Shown here: one piece after another, positions 61,399 to 64,000 of the stretch
How the letters are laid out: every line of letters begins with the position of its first letter
Position numbering within the stretch: position 1 is the stretch's first letter
From: an uncultured Alistipes sp.
Lineage (GTDB): Bacteria; Bacteroidota; Bacteroidia; Bacteroidales; Rikenellaceae
Reading direction: 5' to 3' (one strand)
Assembly (NCBI RefSeq): GCF_910577475.1
Contig: NZ_CAJTLJ010000008.1
DNA length: 64,000 nucleotides
Program-made: the position numbers and the translations under genes
Notes under the pieces: generated by a model
Databases searched by the model: none
What the model saw: only the letters and a program-made list of their open reading frames with translations
Told to the model about the DNA's origin: nothing

Positions 61399-63510
61399 AT
61401 GAAATATATTTTGATATTCTGGCTCTCCATTACTGCGTTCGACGCTTACGGGCAGGAGAAAGAACCGGTAAAAAAAAGCGACTGGTGGAATCGGAATCCC
61501 TCCTATGTCGTCCCAATCGACGAGGTTTTTGTCTCTGCACGACGACCGATGAAGGAAATCGGCATCCAGCAGACGAAACTCGATTCGACCGTATTGAAAG
61601 AGAACATCGCTCTGTCGATGGCCGATGTGCTGACTTTCAATTCGTCGATTTTCGTCAAACAATACGGTCGCGCGACGCTCTCGACGGTGGCATTCCGCGG
61701 TACGTCGCCCTCACACACGCAGGTGACGTGGAACGGCATGCGTATCAACTCGCCGATGCTGGGCATGACCGACTTTTCGATGATTCCGGCCTACTTCATC
61801 GACGACGCCTCGCTACTGCACGGAACATCGTCAGTCAACGAAACGGGCGGCGGATTAGGCGGTGCGGTGAAACTCTCCACACGACCTGCCGACGCCGACG
61901 GCTTCGGATTGCAATACGTGCAGGGGGTCGGATCGTTCAAGACCTTCGACGAGTTTCTGCGCCTGACCTACGGCGACAAACACTGGCAAGTGTCGACCCG
62001 CGCGGTCTGCTCCTCGTCGGACAACGACTTCAAGTATCGCAATTACAACAAGAAGATGAACGTTTACGATGACGAGCACAACATAGTGGACAGCTACTAT
62101 CCCGTCGAACGCAACAAATGCGGCGCTTTCCGTGATTTTCACCTTTTGCAGGAGGTTTACTACAATACGGGCCGCGGCGACCGTTTAGGATTGCAGGCAT
62201 GGTATCTCGATTCGCGCCGCGGCGTGCCGATGCTCTCGGTCGACCACCGTTCCGACAGCGAATATGTCAACGAACAGCGGGAGCGGACATTCCGCGGCAT
62301 CCTTTCGTGGAGTCATCTGCGCAAAAACTGGAAAGTCGGAGCGCATGCAGGCTACATCCACACATGGCAGGGTTACGACTTTTCGCAGGACAAAGGCAAC
62401 GGCGTGATGGCCGAGATGATTCGCTCGCGCAGCTGGATAGATACCTTTTACGGGCAGGCCGAGGGTGAATATTATCTCGGCCGCAAATGGCTGTTTACCG
62501 CAAATGTCTCCGTACATCAGCACTTCGTCCGCAGCAAAGACAAAAACGTGCTGGAACTAAACTCGCAGACGCTGGCACAGGGCAACAAGAAAAAAGTTGT
62601 CGTGGGCTACGACAAGGGACGTGCCGAGGTGTCGGCCTACGCTTCGGCCAAATGGATGCCTACCGACCGATTGGGGCTGTCGGTAGCGCTGCGCGAGGAG
62701 ATGTACGGCGGGGAGTGGTCGCCCGTCATTCCGGCGTTCTTTGCCGATTACCTGCTCTCGAAGCACGGCAACGTCACGGCCAAGGCTTCCGTATCGCGCA
62801 ACTACCGCTTCCCGACCCTGAACGACCTCTACTTCCTGCCGGGCGGCAATCCCGACCTGAAAAAAGAGCACGGAGTGACCTACGATACCGGCGTTTCGTT
62901 TGCCATAGGCAAAGCGGGGAAATACACGCTTTCGGGATCGGCGACGTGGTTCGATTCCTACATCGACGACTGGATTGTGTGGCTGCCGACGTTCAAGGGA
63001 TTCTGGACGCCGAAGAACGTCAAAGAGGTGCATGCCTACGGGGTCGAACTGAAGGCCGACGCCACGGTGCAATTATCCAATGATTGGCAGCTGGGCGGCG
63101 ACGCCTCTTTCTCGTGGACGCCGTCCATCAACAACGGCGATCCGGTGGACTGGGCTGACAAGGCGATCGGCAAACAGTTGGTCTATGTCCCCGAATACTC
63201 TGCTTCAGCGACGGGGCGGCTCTCCTATAAGTCGTGGCGGTTTATCTACAAGTGGTGCTATTACAGCGAACGCTTCACCACCTCGGACAACGACATGAAA
63301 AGTAAAATCTCGCGCGTGAAACCCTATTACATGAGCGACGTGTCCCTCGAAAAGTTGTTTTCGCCGCACTGGGCTGAACTTTCGGTCAAAGCGGCGGTGA
63401 AAAATCTCTTCAACGAAGAGTACGAATCGGTGCTGTCGCGCCCCATGCCACGCATGAACTTCGAGGTGTTTCTCGATATACGTCCCAAATGGGGAAAGAA
63501 AATGAGATGA
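61399..63510 (+). CDS. btuB: TonB-dependent cobalamin receptor
   Basis: Signal peptide, EVFVSA TonB box, FRGTSPSHTQVTWNG plug, NYRFPTLNDLY..GGNPDLK, RPMPRMNF; riboswitch-controlled and linked to btuG. Confidence 0.9.
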   Translation: MKYILIFWLSITAFDAYGQEKEPVKKSDWWNRNPSYVVPIDEVFVSARRPMKEIGIQQTKLDSTVLKENIALSMADVLTFNSSIFVKQYGRATLSTVAFRGTSPSHTQVTWNGMRINSPMLGMTDFSMIPAYFIDDASLLHGTSSVNETGGGLGGAVKLSTRPADADGFGLQYVQGVGSFKTFDEFLRLTYGDKHWQVSTRAVCSSSDNDFKYRNYNKKMNVYDDEHNIVDSYYPVERNKCGAFRDFHLLQEVYYNTGRGDRLGLQAWYLDSRRGVPMLSVDHRSDSEYVNEQRERTFRGILSWSHLRKNWKVGAHAGYIHTWQGYDFSQDKGNGVMAEMIRSRSWIDTFYGQAEGEYYLGRKWLFTANVSVHQHFVRSKDKNVLELNSQTLAQGNKKKVVVGYDKGRAEVSAYASAKWMPTDRLGLSVALREEMYGGEWSPVIPAFFADYLLSKHGNVTAKASVSRNYRFPTLNDLYFLPGGNPDLKKEHGVTYDTGVSFAIGKAGKYTLSGSATWFDSYIDDWIVWLPTFKGFWTPKNVKEVHAYGVELKADATVQLSNDWQLGGDASFSWTPSINNGDPVDWADKAIGKQLVYVPEYSASATGRLSYKSWRFIYKWCYYSERFTTSDNDMKSKISRVKPYYMSDVSLEKLFSPHWAELSVKAAVKNLFNEEYESVLSRPMPRMNFEVFLDIRPKWGKKMR

Positions 63511-63732
63511 CATACGGCGGCGGTCTTTTCATCACGGAAACCTTTGCAACCTTTTTCTGTAATTAAATCCGCCACCGCTTTTTGAACAGATGGAAACAGA
63601 ACGGCTAATAAAGATTAGTGACTGAGTATTATTTGCCAAAACACTTGTTCGGCTTCCGTTTTTAATACCGAAGAGAACGGGTGTTTCCCGTTGTAGTGGT
63701 CATTCAGAGTTCATGAACAGCCACTTATGCTT

Positions 63733-63772
63733 TCACAATATATTCATGTGAACTCACATAAATATATTGTGA
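63733..63772. repeat. 40-nt near-perfect palindrome within a hairpin-dense non-coding region
   Basis: TCACAATATATTCATGTGA-AC-TCACATAAATATATTGTGA, with one mismatch that is G-U on the minus strand. Confidence 0.85.
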
Positions 63773-64000
63773 GTCTCCGTAGCACTCAGCCATCGTGCTG
63801 CCGATTGAAGTACTTACACAGGCTTGCCTGATGCCAGTTATAGCCCCTTCGGGGGAGCCTAATCCCCCGAAGGTCTCACGACCTCGGGAACGATGCCACT
63901 CAATCTGCAAGCAGAGTAGGCTGTAATGTACAATATAGCGGTTTTGAATTAGTGGCAAATGCACGGTAAAATTTGTTACTTAATTGTCGCCCGATAATGC

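Larger units (their letters stand above)
47290..64000. mobile_element. Putative horizontally acquired island carrying a cobalamin uptake cassette; boundaries approximate, no integrase in the window
   Basis: Visible drop in GC and GC3 relative to core genes, AT-rich decayed flanks, and gene remnants. Confidence 0.55.

Noticed and set aside
63825..63850. Minus-strand GGGGCTATAACTGG resembling a tmRNA 5' end
   Set aside because: No matching T-arm or CCA 3' end and no tag reading frame at the expected distance.
63725..63964. 79-aa minus-strand ORF at the right end
   Set aside because: Non-ATG start, no recognisable motifs, and it overlaps strong hairpins better explained as non-coding structure.

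Overview
The window is chromosomal DNA of a GC-rich Bacteroidales, most likely Alistipes/Rikenellaceae, judged from gene content and many TAnnTTTG promoter motifs. Bases 1-1740 are a collapsed mosaic of gene fragments (RND efflux, LytS/LytTR, HU-like/HEPN). Bases 1.8-47.2 kb are mostly housekeeping: serS, a ferredoxin missing from the ORF track, two paralogous surface lipoproteins (one frameshifted at a C8 tract), namZ-like, a prfB with no frameshift, cysS, peptidases, metH/metF, rnr, mqnC, a V-type ATPase operon, murB-tilS-holA and coaD-lpxD-ruvC. From about 47.3 kb to the end lies a lower-GC island. It carries a cobalamin riboswitch controlling six surface lipoproteins plus BtuB; two of the lipoproteins share a type V pilin-like N-terminal module with different cargo domains. 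The island is flanked by AT-rich, strongly structured non-coding segments (48034-48250 and 63676-63940). A covarying palindromic REP/REPIN-like element occurs three times. No tRNA, rRNA, CRISPR array or intact transposase/integrase was seen. All family assignments are from motif recognition by eye, not database searches.
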